Of a stretch of DNA of 64,000 nucleotides, positions 10,001-19,192 are shown in pieces. The position numbers were made by a program, and so were the translations under genes. Location: positions 384,001 to 448,000 of the forward strand of contig CAXXGO010000001.1 of the NCBI GenBank assembly GCA_963666835.2. Reading direction: 5' to 3'. Each line of letters opens with the position of its first letter. Positions within the stretch are counted from its first letter, which is position 1. This DNA comes from Phycisphaerae bacterium. Its GTDB lineage: Bacteria > Planctomycetota > Phycisphaerae > UBA1845. A model generated the notes under the pieces. That model did not search any database. It had not been told where the DNA came from and was given only the letters and a program-made list of their open reading frames with translations.

Positions 10001-10783
10001 GCGGACAAGGGCGTGCGGTTTGTGGCGGTCAGCCAGAAGATGCGCACGGAGTCCACCGTTGACGAAGTCAAGGCCAAGCTCGACGAGTTCGGTTTCAAGG
10101 GCGAGGCTGCAATCAATCATACCAACTCGGTCGGTCGGGCATTCGGCGCCACCGGGTTCCCGACTATGGCCGTGATCGGCAAGGACGGGAAGCTTGGTTC
10201 GGTGAACGTCGGTAATATCGCGGATCTCGAAACCAAACTGGAGGCTCAGCTTGATGCCTTGATCGCCGGCCAGCCGATTCCGGAGAAGTTCGTCGGAAAA
10301 CCGCGAACAAGGGGCAGCAGGCAGCGCCCGGCTATGGAGTTAATAGGTAAGACGGCGCCGGCTTTCTCGGCCACGACTATGGACGGAAAGGCCGTGGGTG
10401 ATGCGGACTTCGCGAACCACCCGGCGACCGTGTTGAACTTCGTTGCTCCGAATTGTGGCTACTGCAAGAAAGCGCTTCCCAATGTTGAGAAGGTGCGGGC
10501 ATCGTACGAGCAGAAGGGCGTGCGTTTCGTCAACATGGCCCAGTCCATGCGTAAGGAGTATCCGGCAGACGAAGTGGTCAAGATCTTCACGGAAGCCGGC
10601 TCGAACCTGGAGCTGTCTTACGACCCCAAGAACGAAGTAGGCAAGAAGTTCAAAGCCACTAGTTTCCCCACGATGGTCGTTGTGGGCAAAGACGGGAAGG
10701 TCGCGGCCGTGAACATCGGAGCCAAGCCCGATCTGGAGACCCTGTTGAAGGGGCAGCTCGACAAGCTCATTGCGAACCAGTAG
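7088..10783 (+). CDS. exported multidomain protein: DUF1573/Ig-like domains plus five TlpA/redoxin (CxxC) domains
   Basis: N-terminal hydrophobic signal, HDFG...PACGCT DUF1573-like motif, and CGHC x3 and CGYC x2, each with a downstream cis-Pro motif (GVPS/FPT). Confidence 0.85.
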   Translation: MKTKSFVAAARVRWSRESRAFCALPIVLAVVGIVAASVVAAPSQTEKKAPDAVPVIKIDNPIHDFGTKWIGPMLDHTYTIKNEGTEALEIIKVRPACGCTVAGEYPKSIAPGESGKFPFTLNSKKLRGKYEKSITVTTNDPVTPELKLKLRGECKRYIDVLPTAANFGKVVDNEPKRKDIGIKNNTDDPLKLTLTKTEDGPFAFELVEKTAGKDFDVHVSMKPPYTPGTFRGTTTVLSNIESQKEITVRATARVPERLELQPSQITYDPNKFKDRGFSRSVRFVNYGNEPVQVVDVTTDDPDHINLAFKERTPGKAYTIQVDIPAGYSPPEGGREIVIKTDDTKQPAIVLPVTQVAARAAESLQAKAAEKAKAAEKGNDAEKPKATVANKDKAKPSEKKRTEPKRARRGRPAEEMVGQQVPSFEATTVVGEKLNAESFIGKVTVLDFFSKRCGHCMKQIPRLETVRQKYAAKGVRFVAIGAGGTDEELKAKTASLGFKGELVIDSAKKISPLFKVSGVPSMAIVGKAGIVEAVNVGNVGDLEERMAKQLDAMLAGKPVPEIDRAPSKAQEKGKNQPRPAEEMVGKVVPDFDATTVTGEKISSKSFTGQVTVLDFFSKRCGHCMKQIPRVEAMRQKYADKAVRFVAIGGGGTEDELKAKVAELGFKGDLIADISQKISPLFGVRGVPSMAIVGKTGKVEAVNVGNLRDLEDRMTSQIDAMLAGKPVPQIAETPPKAPDRGANKPRPAEEMVGKVVPDFDATTVTGEKISSKSFVGKVTVLDFFSKRCGHCMKQIPRVEAMRKKYAAKGVRFVAVGAGGTEDEIKAKIAELGFEGDLVADVSRKISPLFGVRGVPSMAIVGKSGKVEAVNVGNLRDLEDRMTKQLDAMLAGKPVPQVAENTPPPSPPTKEPTKAPTTELVGNPAPKFDLTTLEGEKLNNETVAGTVVVLDFFATNCGYCKKQIPRVEAIRQKYADKGVRFVAVSQKMRTESTVDEVKAKLDEFGFKGEAAINHTNSVGRAFGATGFPTMAVIGKDGKLGSVNVGNIADLETKLEAQLDALIAGQPIPEKFVGKPRTRGSRQRPAMELIGKTAPAFSATTMDGKAVGDADFANHPATVLNFVAPNCGYCKKALPNVEKVRASYEQKGVRFVNMAQSMRKEYPADEVVKIFTEAGSNLELSYDPKNEVGKKFKATSFPTMVVVGKDGKVAAVNIGAKPDLETLLKGQLDKLIANQ

Positions 10784-10834
10784 TCGTTCGGTAGTGCTCG
10801 CGGGCTTGATACCCGCATGATTGACAGTCTCCCC

Positions 10835-10879
10835 GGCAGCCCTTCCGTCTCTCTGCGGAGACGGGAGGGCTGTCCTTTT
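10835..10879 (+). terminator. probable intrinsic terminator
   Basis: Stem gcagcccttccgtctc/gagacgggagggctgt followed by cctttt, about 50 nt after the stop. Confidence 0.65.
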
Positions 10880-11030
10880 GCGCCCGCTCTTCGGCGCGGC
10901 TCACCGCACCCCAACATGTCGATGGCGGATGGGGCCGACCCACTATCTGTGTCGGCCGGGTCCGAGCCGTTTCCGGCGGTAGCATCATTCCGCAGGCCTT
11001 GTGGAAAGTTGTCGGAGCTGGAGAAAAGCG

Positions 11031-11082
11031 TTGACGATCTCCGACAGATGTAGTAGGTTGCCTACGACTGATGTAGTAGGTT
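11031..11082 (+). promoter_or_regulatory. sigma-70-type promoter overlapped by two BlaI/CopY-type operator boxes
   Basis: TTGACG-17bp-TAGGTT. The boxes gACAgaTGTA (11043) and gACTgaTGTA (11066) resemble TACAnnTGTA, and gatgtagtaggtt is duplicated. Confidence 0.65.
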
Positions 11083-11102
11083 TGCGAGTTGGTGAATATT
11101 CG

Positions 11103-11489
11103 ATGGCGAAACGTCAATACGATCTTGGAGACGCGGAGCTCGGGGTTCTCCGAGCGTTGTGGGATGTGGGGCCGGCCACGGTGCGCGACGTACTTGAACA
11201 CCTGCACGAACGTGGGCGGCGGGTGGCGTACACTACGGTGCAGACTTTGCTGACGCGGCTGGAACAGAAGCGTTACGTCGCGAGCGACAAGTCCGGTCTG
11301 GCGTTCGTCTATCGTTCGAAGGTCTCACGCGAACGCATCAGCCGGTCGCGGCTGAGTTCGCTGCTGACTCAGTTGTACGACGGCGCTGCGGGCCCGTTGG
11401 TGCTGCAACTTATTCGTACCGAACGACTAAAACCGGATGAGATCGAAGAACTGCAGAAACTGATCGAAGAACTCGATACTCGATCGTAA
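11103..11489 (+). CDS. BlaI/MecI/CopY family repressor
   Basis: ELGVLRALW...ATVRDV...AYTTVQTLLTRLEQK winged-helix pattern, located upstream of an M56 gene. Confidence 0.92.
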   Translation: MAKRQYDLGDAELGVLRALWDVGPATVRDVLEHLHERGRRVAYTTVQTLLTRLEQKRYVASDKSGLAFVYRSKVSRERISRSRLSSLLTQLYDGAAGPLVLQLIRTERLKPDEIEELQKLIEELDTRS

Positions 11490-11522
11490 CACGTAGCAGG
11501 CTAAGGCGGGGATCAACAGGTC

Positions 11523-14500
11523 ATGTGGGAAGTATTTCCAACAGACGTATTGTGGCGAAGCGCGTTGGCGGTGATACCGCTGGCCGTGATTGTCGCCCTT
11601 GTCTGCCGTCGCCTGCCGGGCCGGCCGGCGTTGCGTCATAGCCTCTGGTTCATGGTGTTGCTCTGGCCGCTGATGGCCCCTGTTTTGCCAAGTCTGGACG
11701 TTCCCGGCGAGTTAGCCGCGCAGGTATTGCCGGATCCGGGGGGAACCGAGCGGGTTGCCGCGGTGACGCCTCTTGAAGAGCCAAGACCGGTCCCGCCGGC
11801 AGCGTTCGGGGGTTCGGGATCCGCGGCGAACGTAACTGGTGTTAAGTTGAGGACCGTCGAACCGGCGAGGACCGGGCCACATCGCACTTTGGTGCCTCGA
11901 AACGGGTTGACGACGGAATCGCATAGCGCAGCCTCCCGCCCAGAGCCGTGCTCGCCCTTTGAGCTCGCCCGGGCGACCGGCTTTGGCGGGGGGCTTCTTG
12001 AACAAGTTCAGCTTGCGGAACGCCGTCGCGGCATCAGGTCGCAGCACGATCGGGTCGACGAACGGTCGAGCGTCGGTTTGTTCGACAATCCAGCGGCGGC
12101 TTCTTTGGAGGTGCCGGCAGCGGCCGCCACGGCGCGGGACGGGACCGAGTTCGGCGAACCCGAAGGAGTCTGCCCATTCGAGGTGGGCCCCGAAGTTGAG
12201 CCCGAGCAGGCCTTCTGTTTGTTGATGATGCCGGATGGTGCGTTCCTGGAAAGCGAATCAGCCCAGAGCGCGGGGGCGCCGCCGAAGGTTGCGTTGAGTT
12301 TGCCGGCAGTGTCGGAGAACGCTGCGGAGGCTGAACCCGGCGGCGCGTGTCTTGAATGGGCGACGTGGCTCGCGGGCTTGGCGGCGATTCGTGACAGTGT
12401 CGGTAATCTGCCACCGATACCGGTGAAGATATGGTTGGCGGGGATCGTGCTCTTCGGGTTGGCGAAGGTTGCCGGCGTCATTCGGGCGCGCCGTCTGTTT
12501 GGTCGGGCGACCGTCGCTCCGGCGTCAGTGCGAATGACCGTATCTGCGGCGGCGGACAAGCTGGGTCTGCAGTCCGCTCCGGATACGTTCATGACTGACG
12601 AGCAGATCTCCCCGATGGTGTGGTGCGGGCGCCGGCGGCGTTTGCTGCTACCGCGGGCGTTGTGGGCGCAGTTCGACGATGCGGGCCGCGCGGCGATCGT
12701 GTGCCACGAGCTGGCTCATCTGCGCCGCCGGGACCATTTGGTTTGCTGGATAGAAACTCTGGTCGGCGGATTGTACTGGTGGCATCCCCTGGTGTGGTGG
12801 GTGCGCCGTCATCTACGGGCAGAGGCCGAGCTGGCGTGCGATGCCTGGGTCATCTGGTCCTTGCCGAACGGGCGACGGGCCTATGCCGAGGCGTTGCTGG
12901 CCACGAAGCAGTTTGTGGGAACGAATAGAAGTCCCCTGCCCGTTGGGGGTATTGGGGTGACGACCGGGCGAGCGGAGCGTTTTGGTAGGAGACTTACGAT
13001 GGTGATGACTCAGACGACAAGGCCGGGGCTCTCGTTCTCGGGTGTCGCGATTGTGGCAGCATTGGCGATGGTCGGTTGGATTGCCGTGCCGGCGCGATCC
13101 GGCCCGCCGACCGAGGAGCCGTCGGCGACCGCGGTGGCTTTGGAGACTCTGGCGATCGAACTGGCGGACAAAGGCGAGGACGTGCCTGCACTGCAAACCG
13201 TTCTTGTCGGGGATTCCGACCAGAAGAAGCTCAACAGGCGGATGAACGCCCTGGAAGCGAAACTGGATCGGTTGGCGAATCAGCTCGATCGCCTGGTGGG
13301 TGATCTTCCGGAAATCCCGCGAGTGCCGGTCGTTCCGGCCGTTCCCGCGGTTCCGGCCGTTCCCGCGGTTCCGCCTACCGCTTTGGGGACCGCCTTCCTT
13401 GGAGGCGAGACAATTGTCCAAGCCTACTCTCTTCCGGGCGAGAAACTCGAGAAACTGACGGCGCTTATGGTGCGCCCGGATGTGCCGATCCTCGTCAACC
13501 CGACCGAGGACGGCCTGGAAGTCCATGCGACCGCGGAGCAACATGCGATCTTCAAGCGGTTTGTGGAGATGATCCACCCGGAGAAGGAGAAGCGGAATGT
13601 CAAGGTGGCGCCGGGCAAGCTGGAGGCCTTGGCCGAGTTGATGATCCTCGATGACGTTCCGGTTCCGGTTCGGGCCGGCGAAGACCATATCATGGTTCAC
13701 ACCGATAGTCTGAACCAGTTAATCTTCCAGGACTTCGTAGACTTGATCGAGGAGCCGGGGAGTATCTCGGTTGCGTCGACGGTTCCGATCCAGTTGGGCG
13801 AGTTCTTCGTACACGGTGAGTCGTCGACCGGAGAGTACCAGGCAAAGAGCGACTGCAGTGGCAAGAAGAAAGCCAAAGCGGCCAAGAAAGCCAAGAAGGC
13901 TAAGAAAGCTAAGAAAGCTGAGAAGGCCAAGGGAACTAAGAAAGCCCGAAGATCCGAGCGTGTGGTTGTCGACCATGCCGGATGCGACGGTTGCGATCAC
14001 AAGAAGCACGGCGCTTGTAGCTCCTCGCACGCTGTTGCCCTCGAGCATTATGAGGCCGGAAAGCAGAGCCTTGCGGATCTGGCGAGCAGCGCGAATCTCG
14101 ACGAGCTGCTTAAGGTCACTTCCAAGTTAAGTGACGGAGCGTTCCACGGGGAGCTCAAAGTTCAGAGGAAAGCCCTCGAGACCCAGGCGCAGATGCTGGA
14201 AGCCCAGGCAATGGCGTTTATGGCCAAGGCTCGCAAACTCGTGCAGAAGGCCGAGACGGTGGAAGCCCGGGCCGACCAGCTCGAAGACCGGGCCGACCGC
14301 ATCGAAGACAAGGCCGACGATCTGAGGGGCAAGGCCGACGACGTGGCGGCATCAGAGCGCATTGCTCTTGTCACCGAGGCCGAAGCCCTGATGGCCCAGG
14401 CGAAGGAGATGGAACGGAAGGCCGGCGAACTCGAGACGAAAGCCGAGGAGATCGAGGATCTTGCCGACAGTCTGGAAGCCCAGGCCGAGGCGTTTGAGGA

Positions 14501-14576
14501 TGCCGCAGATACGATCCGCGATGCGGTGCGCCAGTTGGCCGAGGATGCCGCGCGGGTCTCGCTCGAGAGTCTGTAG
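11523..14576 (+). CDS. BlaR1/MecR1-like M56 metallopeptidase sensor with long insertions and a coiled-coil C-terminus
   Basis: HELAHLRRRD zinc motif, WWHPLVWW, ELACD and TM helices. The C-terminal region has PAV and KKA repeats and a heptad coil. Confidence 0.88.
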   Translation: MWEVFPTDVLWRSALAVIPLAVIVALVCRRLPGRPALRHSLWFMVLLWPLMAPVLPSLDVPGELAAQVLPDPGGTERVAAVTPLEEPRPVPPAAFGGSGSAANVTGVKLRTVEPARTGPHRTLVPRNGLTTESHSAASRPEPCSPFELARATGFGGGLLEQVQLAERRRGIRSQHDRVDERSSVGLFDNPAAASLEVPAAAATARDGTEFGEPEGVCPFEVGPEVEPEQAFCLLMMPDGAFLESESAQSAGAPPKVALSLPAVSENAAEAEPGGACLEWATWLAGLAAIRDSVGNLPPIPVKIWLAGIVLFGLAKVAGVIRARRLFGRATVAPASVRMTVSAAADKLGLQSAPDTFMTDEQISPMVWCGRRRRLLLPRALWAQFDDAGRAAIVCHELAHLRRRDHLVCWIETLVGGLYWWHPLVWWVRRHLRAEAELACDAWVIWSLPNGRRAYAEALLATKQFVGTNRSPLPVGGIGVTTGRAERFGRRLTMVMTQTTRPGLSFSGVAIVAALAMVGWIAVPARSGPPTEEPSATAVALETLAIELADKGEDVPALQTVLVGDSDQKKLNRRMNALEAKLDRLANQLDRLVGDLPEIPRVPVVPAVPAVPAVPAVPPTALGTAFLGGETIVQAYSLPGEKLEKLTALMVRPDVPILVNPTEDGLEVHATAEQHAIFKRFVEMIHPEKEKRNVKVAPGKLEALAELMILDDVPVPVRAGEDHIMVHTDSLNQLIFQDFVDLIEEPGSISVASTVPIQLGEFFVHGESSTGEYQAKSDCSGKKKAKAAKKAKKAKKAKKAEKAKGTKKARRSERVVVDHAGCDGCDHKKHGACSSSHAVALEHYEAGKQSLADLASSANLDELLKVTSKLSDGAFHGELKVQRKALETQAQMLEAQAMAFMAKARKLVQKAETVEARADQLEDRADRIEDKADDLRGKADDVAASERIALVTEAEALMAQAKEMERKAGELETKAEEIEDLADSLEAQAEAFEDAADTIRDAVRQLAEDAARVSLESL

Positions 14577-14816
14577 CACAATCGGGAGTTTCAGCGAGGG
14601 AGCTTGGCGGCGGGCGGCGGTAACGGCCGTGCCGTCGCCGGGCTTCCCCGAACGAATTCCCGCGCTTTGCCTGCACTGACCGGCGGGCCGATTTCATAAC
14701 GGCTCGTAAGGGCCTTTTCTGCCACCGGAATCTGCGAGGTCGGCAGGGGGGCAGGCACGGTCACCTTCGTGGAAAGGCCGTAGTGCCATTCCACAGTCAC
14801 GTTCCATCAGGAGGGA

Positions 14817-17800
14817 GTGTTCAACGTGTTACGCACCGGGCCTTGGTTATTAGGATTGGCAGTCGCGGTGGGGGTCGGATCGACGGTAGCCGCGTCGGGT
14901 CCGGATCAGGACCGCGCGGCGGTTCCGCGGGACTACTACAGTGCTAACGGGCTGCTGAATCGCGGGCTCTATGACCTGGCCGAGACGGAGTATCGGCGGT
15001 TTCTCAGCGAGCATGAAGACCACGACAAGGCCGCCACGGCGCGGTACGGCCTATCGGTGTGTCTCTATCGGCTTGGCCGGCATGAAGATGCCACGGTCGA
15101 GCTGGAGCGTCTGATCGCGCTGCCGGAGCCGCCGTTTGCCGCGGAAGTGCTGACCATGTTGGGGCAGTGCCGACTCGCCACAGGGCGGCATGCGGCTGCG
15201 GTGGAGGCGTTCGAGCAAGTCATCCGCGACCATCTTAAGCACGATCTGGTGGATGATGCGGTGGCCGGCGCGGCCGAAGCACTCTACCTGAGCGGCCGCT
15301 TTGATGAGGCAATCTCCAAATGCCGACTGCTGACTTCGCGCTGGCCTGACAGCCCCTTGCGGGAGCGGACGGAGTTTTTCCGAGGTCTGGCCGCGATGGG
15401 CAACGGGGACTTCGCCGCGGGGGCCGAGTGTTTCGAGGGCCTGATCTCGGAATTCCCCGACGGTCCCTTTATGGATCAGGCTTCACTTCTGTTGGCGCAG
15501 TGCCATCATCACAACAACGCAGTCGAAAACGCCTTGCGCCAGTACCGACAAGTGCTGTCTCGCTCCGGTACTCGGTTTTTTGCGGAGGCCTTGTACGGGC
15601 TTGGGGTCCTGGCGTTGCAGCAGGACCGGGCGAAGGAGGCCGGGGTTCTGTTCGACGAGTTGCTTAATCGGCACGCGGACAGCGTTCACGCCTCGTCGGC
15701 GCGGTTCTATCGCGGGCGGGCGTGGTATGAACAGGGCGAATTCGATAAAGCACTCAGCTCGTTGGAGAAGTGCGCCGAGGGTGTCAAAGACGCGACTCTG
15801 GCGGACGATGTGGCGTATTGGATGGCGAAGTGTCGGCTTAGGCAAGGGGCGTTTCCCGATGCCGCCGAGCGATTGACTGCCGCGATTGCCGCTCATCCCC
15901 AGAGCGATCTACTCCCTGAGATGTATTACGATCGAGCGATCGCACTGGTCCAAGCCGGTGAGCCCGAAGCCGGGGTGGAGGCCTTGGAGGAGTACCGAAG
16001 ACGCTATGCCGACCATTCCATGGACCCGGATGCTCTGCACCTTTTGGGCGCGACTCGGCATGAGCAGGGGCGATATGACGACAGTGCGGCATACTGTCGC
16101 GCGTTCATCGAGCAATACCCGAAGCACGAACTGGTTGCGGAGGTCGTTTTCCTCGCCGCGGAGAACGACATGCTCGCCGGCCGTTTCACGGAAGCCGCGC
16201 GAGGCTTCGATGAGTTCTTGAAGCGTTATCCCGGGGATGCCCAGGTCGTCAAGGCGGAATACCGGCTCGGTATGGCCTTGTATAACCTGCAACGCTTTGA
16301 CGAGGCCGAGGCCCGGCTTAGAAAGGTCGTTCAAAACACGGGGGCCGATGAGGCGTTTCGTCCCGGCCTGTTGGCATTGGGGGATATTCATTTTCAGCGC
16401 AGCGAGTGGGAGCAAGCTGAGCGACTTCTGAGCGATTATCTCTCTGGTGAGACGGTGGGCGGTTCCGCAGATGACGCATTACTGAAGCTGGGTTTAGCCC
16501 TGCAGAGGCAGGAAAAGCACTCCGAGGCGATCGCGGTCTTCAGCCGCCTGATCGACGGCAGTCCGGACGGGCCGCACCGCCTGCAAGCGGTGTTCGAGCG
16601 TGGGCAGGCGTTGGCTGCTCTGAAGCGCTTTGATGAGGCCCGCAAAGCGTTCGAACAGGTACTGGCCGAGGGCGGCGAGTCGCGGTTCAAGCCGTATGCT
16701 CTGAACCACTTGGGTTCGGTGGCGATGCGGGACGGCGATTTCACGGCCGCGGCGGGGTTCTTCGAGAAGGTGAACGAATCGGCGGGAACACCCGTGGACG
16801 AGGGTGAGTCTCTGTTTAATCGTGGGCAGGCGTTGTTGGCCGGCGGGAGCTTCAAGGAGGCGGAGAGCGTTTTCGGGGAATTGCTCGAACGGTTTCCCAA
16901 GCACGCCCGAGCGGGGTCCGCGACCGCTCAACTGGCGATAGCGCGTTCCCGGCAAGACCGCTGCCCCGCCGCCCTGGAGAGTATCGCCCGTATCGAGGGT
17001 GAGTCCGGAGCTAAGCTCAGCAATACCCTGCGCAGAGCGGTTCAATACGAAAAGGCCTGGTGCCTCCGTAAGGTCGGTCGCTCGGATGAGGCGGCGGATA
17101 CGTACCGAGCGCTGCTGGAGGGCAAAGGCAGCGACGACGAGCGCCGTCACGCGCTGCTCGATTTGGCCGGTATTGAGTTCGAGGCGGTGCGGTACGAGGT
17201 GGCGGCCGGCCTCCTTCGGCAGCTTGATGAGGCGATCACCGGGGCTTCGTTTACCGAGCCGGCGGACATGCGGGAACAGCGCACGTACCAGTTGGCGGTA
17301 TGCGAGTTCGAACTCAAGCGATATTCAGAGGCGGCCAAGCTGTTCGAGGAGTTCGTCGGGCTCTTTCCCGCGAGTCGTTTGCTGGCTTCGGCGAGCTTCT
17401 TCTGCGGTGAGGCCTACAGTGCCCTCGGCGACTTCAACGCGGCCGTTCCGCACTTGAGCAGAGTAGTGGAGGGCTTTCCGTCGGATCCGGTATATCCGGC
17501 GAGTATTTTGCGTCTCGGCGAGGGATTGGCGGCCTTGCAGCGCTGGCCCCGCTGTGAGCAGGTCTTCAGCGAGTATCTCAGCCGTTTCGGTGACGCCGAG
17601 CGCTGGTTCCAGGCTCAGTTCGGCGTGGGCTGGGCTCGGGAGAACCAGGGCCGGTACGATGAAGCGATCCAGGCCTATGAAGCGGTGGTGGCCCGCCATC
17701 AGGGCCCGACGGCCGCGCGCGCCCAATTCCAGATCGGTGAGTGCCTCTTCGCCAAGAAGCAGTACGACGAGGCGGTGCGTGCTCTTTTGAAGGTGGACAT

Positions 17801-17993
17801 TCTCTATGCCTATCCGGAGTGGAGCGCGGCGGCTCTGTACGAAGCGGGCCGGTGTTTCGAACAGCTTTCCAAGCCGGCCGAGGCGCGAGTGCAGTTCAAG
17901 ACCGTGGCGGAGAAACACTCGGAAACGCGCTGGGCGGCAATGGCGGTCAGCAAGCTGAAGGAAGTGCCGCCGGTGTCACTGCCGGGGCATTAG
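14817..17993 (+). CDS. exported long tetratricopeptide-repeat protein (CpoB/YbgF/BamD-like repeats)
   Basis: Signal peptide and many TPR pairs ending in the (F/Y)PxS pattern. Confidence 0.85.
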   Translation: MFNVLRTGPWLLGLAVAVGVGSTVAASGPDQDRAAVPRDYYSANGLLNRGLYDLAETEYRRFLSEHEDHDKAATARYGLSVCLYRLGRHEDATVELERLIALPEPPFAAEVLTMLGQCRLATGRHAAAVEAFEQVIRDHLKHDLVDDAVAGAAEALYLSGRFDEAISKCRLLTSRWPDSPLRERTEFFRGLAAMGNGDFAAGAECFEGLISEFPDGPFMDQASLLLAQCHHHNNAVENALRQYRQVLSRSGTRFFAEALYGLGVLALQQDRAKEAGVLFDELLNRHADSVHASSARFYRGRAWYEQGEFDKALSSLEKCAEGVKDATLADDVAYWMAKCRLRQGAFPDAAERLTAAIAAHPQSDLLPEMYYDRAIALVQAGEPEAGVEALEEYRRRYADHSMDPDALHLLGATRHEQGRYDDSAAYCRAFIEQYPKHELVAEVVFLAAENDMLAGRFTEAARGFDEFLKRYPGDAQVVKAEYRLGMALYNLQRFDEAEARLRKVVQNTGADEAFRPGLLALGDIHFQRSEWEQAERLLSDYLSGETVGGSADDALLKLGLALQRQEKHSEAIAVFSRLIDGSPDGPHRLQAVFERGQALAALKRFDEARKAFEQVLAEGGESRFKPYALNHLGSVAMRDGDFTAAAGFFEKVNESAGTPVDEGESLFNRGQALLAGGSFKEAESVFGELLERFPKHARAGSATAQLAIARSRQDRCPAALESIARIEGESGAKLSNTLRRAVQYEKAWCLRKVGRSDEAADTYRALLEGKGSDDERRHALLDLAGIEFEAVRYEVAAGLLRQLDEAITGASFTEPADMREQRTYQLAVCEFELKRYSEAAKLFEEFVGLFPASRLLASASFFCGEAYSALGDFNAAVPHLSRVVEGFPSDPVYPASILRLGEGLAALQRWPRCEQVFSEYLSRFGDAERWFQAQFGVGWARENQGRYDEAIQAYEAVVARHQGPTAARAQFQIGECLFAKKQYDEAVRALLKVDILYAYPEWSAAALYEAGRCFEQLSKPAEARVQFKTVAEKHSETRWAAMAVSKLKEVPPVSLPGH

Positions 17994-18042
17994 ACGAATT
18001 GCGGGCGGGCAACCGATCCGAATACGACAGGAGCTTGGATAC

Positions 18043-18864
18043 GTGAGTGTGTTGATGGCAGTGTCGGGGGTAGTGGTCTTGGGGCAGGTTACTGGGGGAC
18101 CGGTCGAGGGCGCGGGGGCGTCCGTGACCGGGCAGATTCAATCGGTCTGGGATTTCGTCGTCAAGGGCGGGCCGATGATGATCCCGATTGGGATCCTGTC
18201 GCTCGTGGCGCTGACCGTGATCATTGAGCGGATGGTGAGCCTGCGCCGCCGCCAGGTGGTACCCGACGGCTTCTTGCCCGGCCTGCAGGCGGTGCTGGAA
18301 GATGGTCTGGACGACCGCACCGCCGCCCTTGAGTATTGTCAGAACGATGGCAGTCCGGTTGCGAGTATCTTCGCCGTGGGGATCAAGAGACTCGGCGAGC
18401 CGGTGGAGCTGCTCGAGAAGCACGTTCAGGAAGCCGGAGAGCGCGAGGTTCGCAAACTCCGTAAGTTTCTGCGCTCGCTGGCCGTGGTGGCGTCCATCGC
18501 CCCGTTGATGGGGCTATTGGGTACGATCTTCGGGATGATCAAAGCGTTTCAGACCGTGGCAACTTCGGGCGAAGCGCTGGGCAAAGCGGAACTGCTCGCC
18601 AAAGGGATCTACGAAGCGATGATCACGACGGCCGCGGGGCTGTTGGTGGCCATCCCGACTCTGATTGCCTATCACTGGATTTCCGCCAAGATCGAACGGC
18701 TTGTGACGGAGATGGACCAGATGACGTGCGAGTTCATCGAGGAGTATGCGGGAACCGAACCTGCTTCGCAGTCGCGAGCGTCACGTTTGCGCCCGGTCAG
18801 CGAGTCGGTCGGCACCGCTGAGGCAGTGGCGGATGACGCCAGGGCCAACGCGGCTTCGGCTTGA
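18043..18864 (+). CDS. MotA/TolQ/ExbB proton channel protein
   Basis: APLMGLLGTIFGMI and GIYEAMITTAAGLLVAIP motifs. Confidence 0.92.
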   Translation: MSVLMAVSGVVVLGQVTGGPVEGAGASVTGQIQSVWDFVVKGGPMMIPIGILSLVALTVIIERMVSLRRRQVVPDGFLPGLQAVLEDGLDDRTAALEYCQNDGSPVASIFAVGIKRLGEPVELLEKHVQEAGEREVRKLRKFLRSLAVVASIAPLMGLLGTIFGMIKAFQTVATSGEALGKAELLAKGIYEAMITTAAGLLVAIPTLIAYHWISAKIERLVTEMDQMTCEFIEEYAGTEPASQSRASRLRPVSESVGTAEAVADDARANAASA

Positions 18865-18930
18865 GGGGATAATGTGTGTCGCGATACGTCTTGCAGGATG
18901 AACCACGGGGGTGCGGCTTTGGTTATGAGA

Positions 18931-19165
18931 GTTCGAGTCCCCCAACGCTAAAGCGATGGGCCACCCGTTTGAACGATAAACCGGAGGGGGCCGGTCTTGG
19001 ACGTGGGTGGGCTGAATCCGCCGGTGGTTCGAGTCCCCCACCTCTAAAGAGGTGGGCCACCCATTTGACGAGGCGGGCCACCCATTTGACGAGGCGGGCC
19101 ACTCATCTGGGGCGGGCCACTCATTTGGAGAGCAGCACGCATCTGAAGAGGGCCGCCCATCTAAT
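18931..19165. repeat. GGGTG-type REP-like hairpins plus degenerate 21/18-bp tandem repeats
   Basis: cccaacgctaaagcgatgggccaccc (~18941) and cccacctctaaagaggtgggccaccc (~19037), followed by gggccacccatttgacgaggc-type units. A related inverted copy lies at 24718-24746. Confidence 0.75.
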
Positions 19166-19192
19166 GGACTTTTCCGGAAACGGCGCTGAGGC

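Noticed and set aside
18925..19045. tRNA genes suggested by two GTTCGAGTCC T-loop-like motifs
   Set aside because: I could not fold a cloverleaf or acceptor stem. The motifs are part of the repeated REP-like unit.
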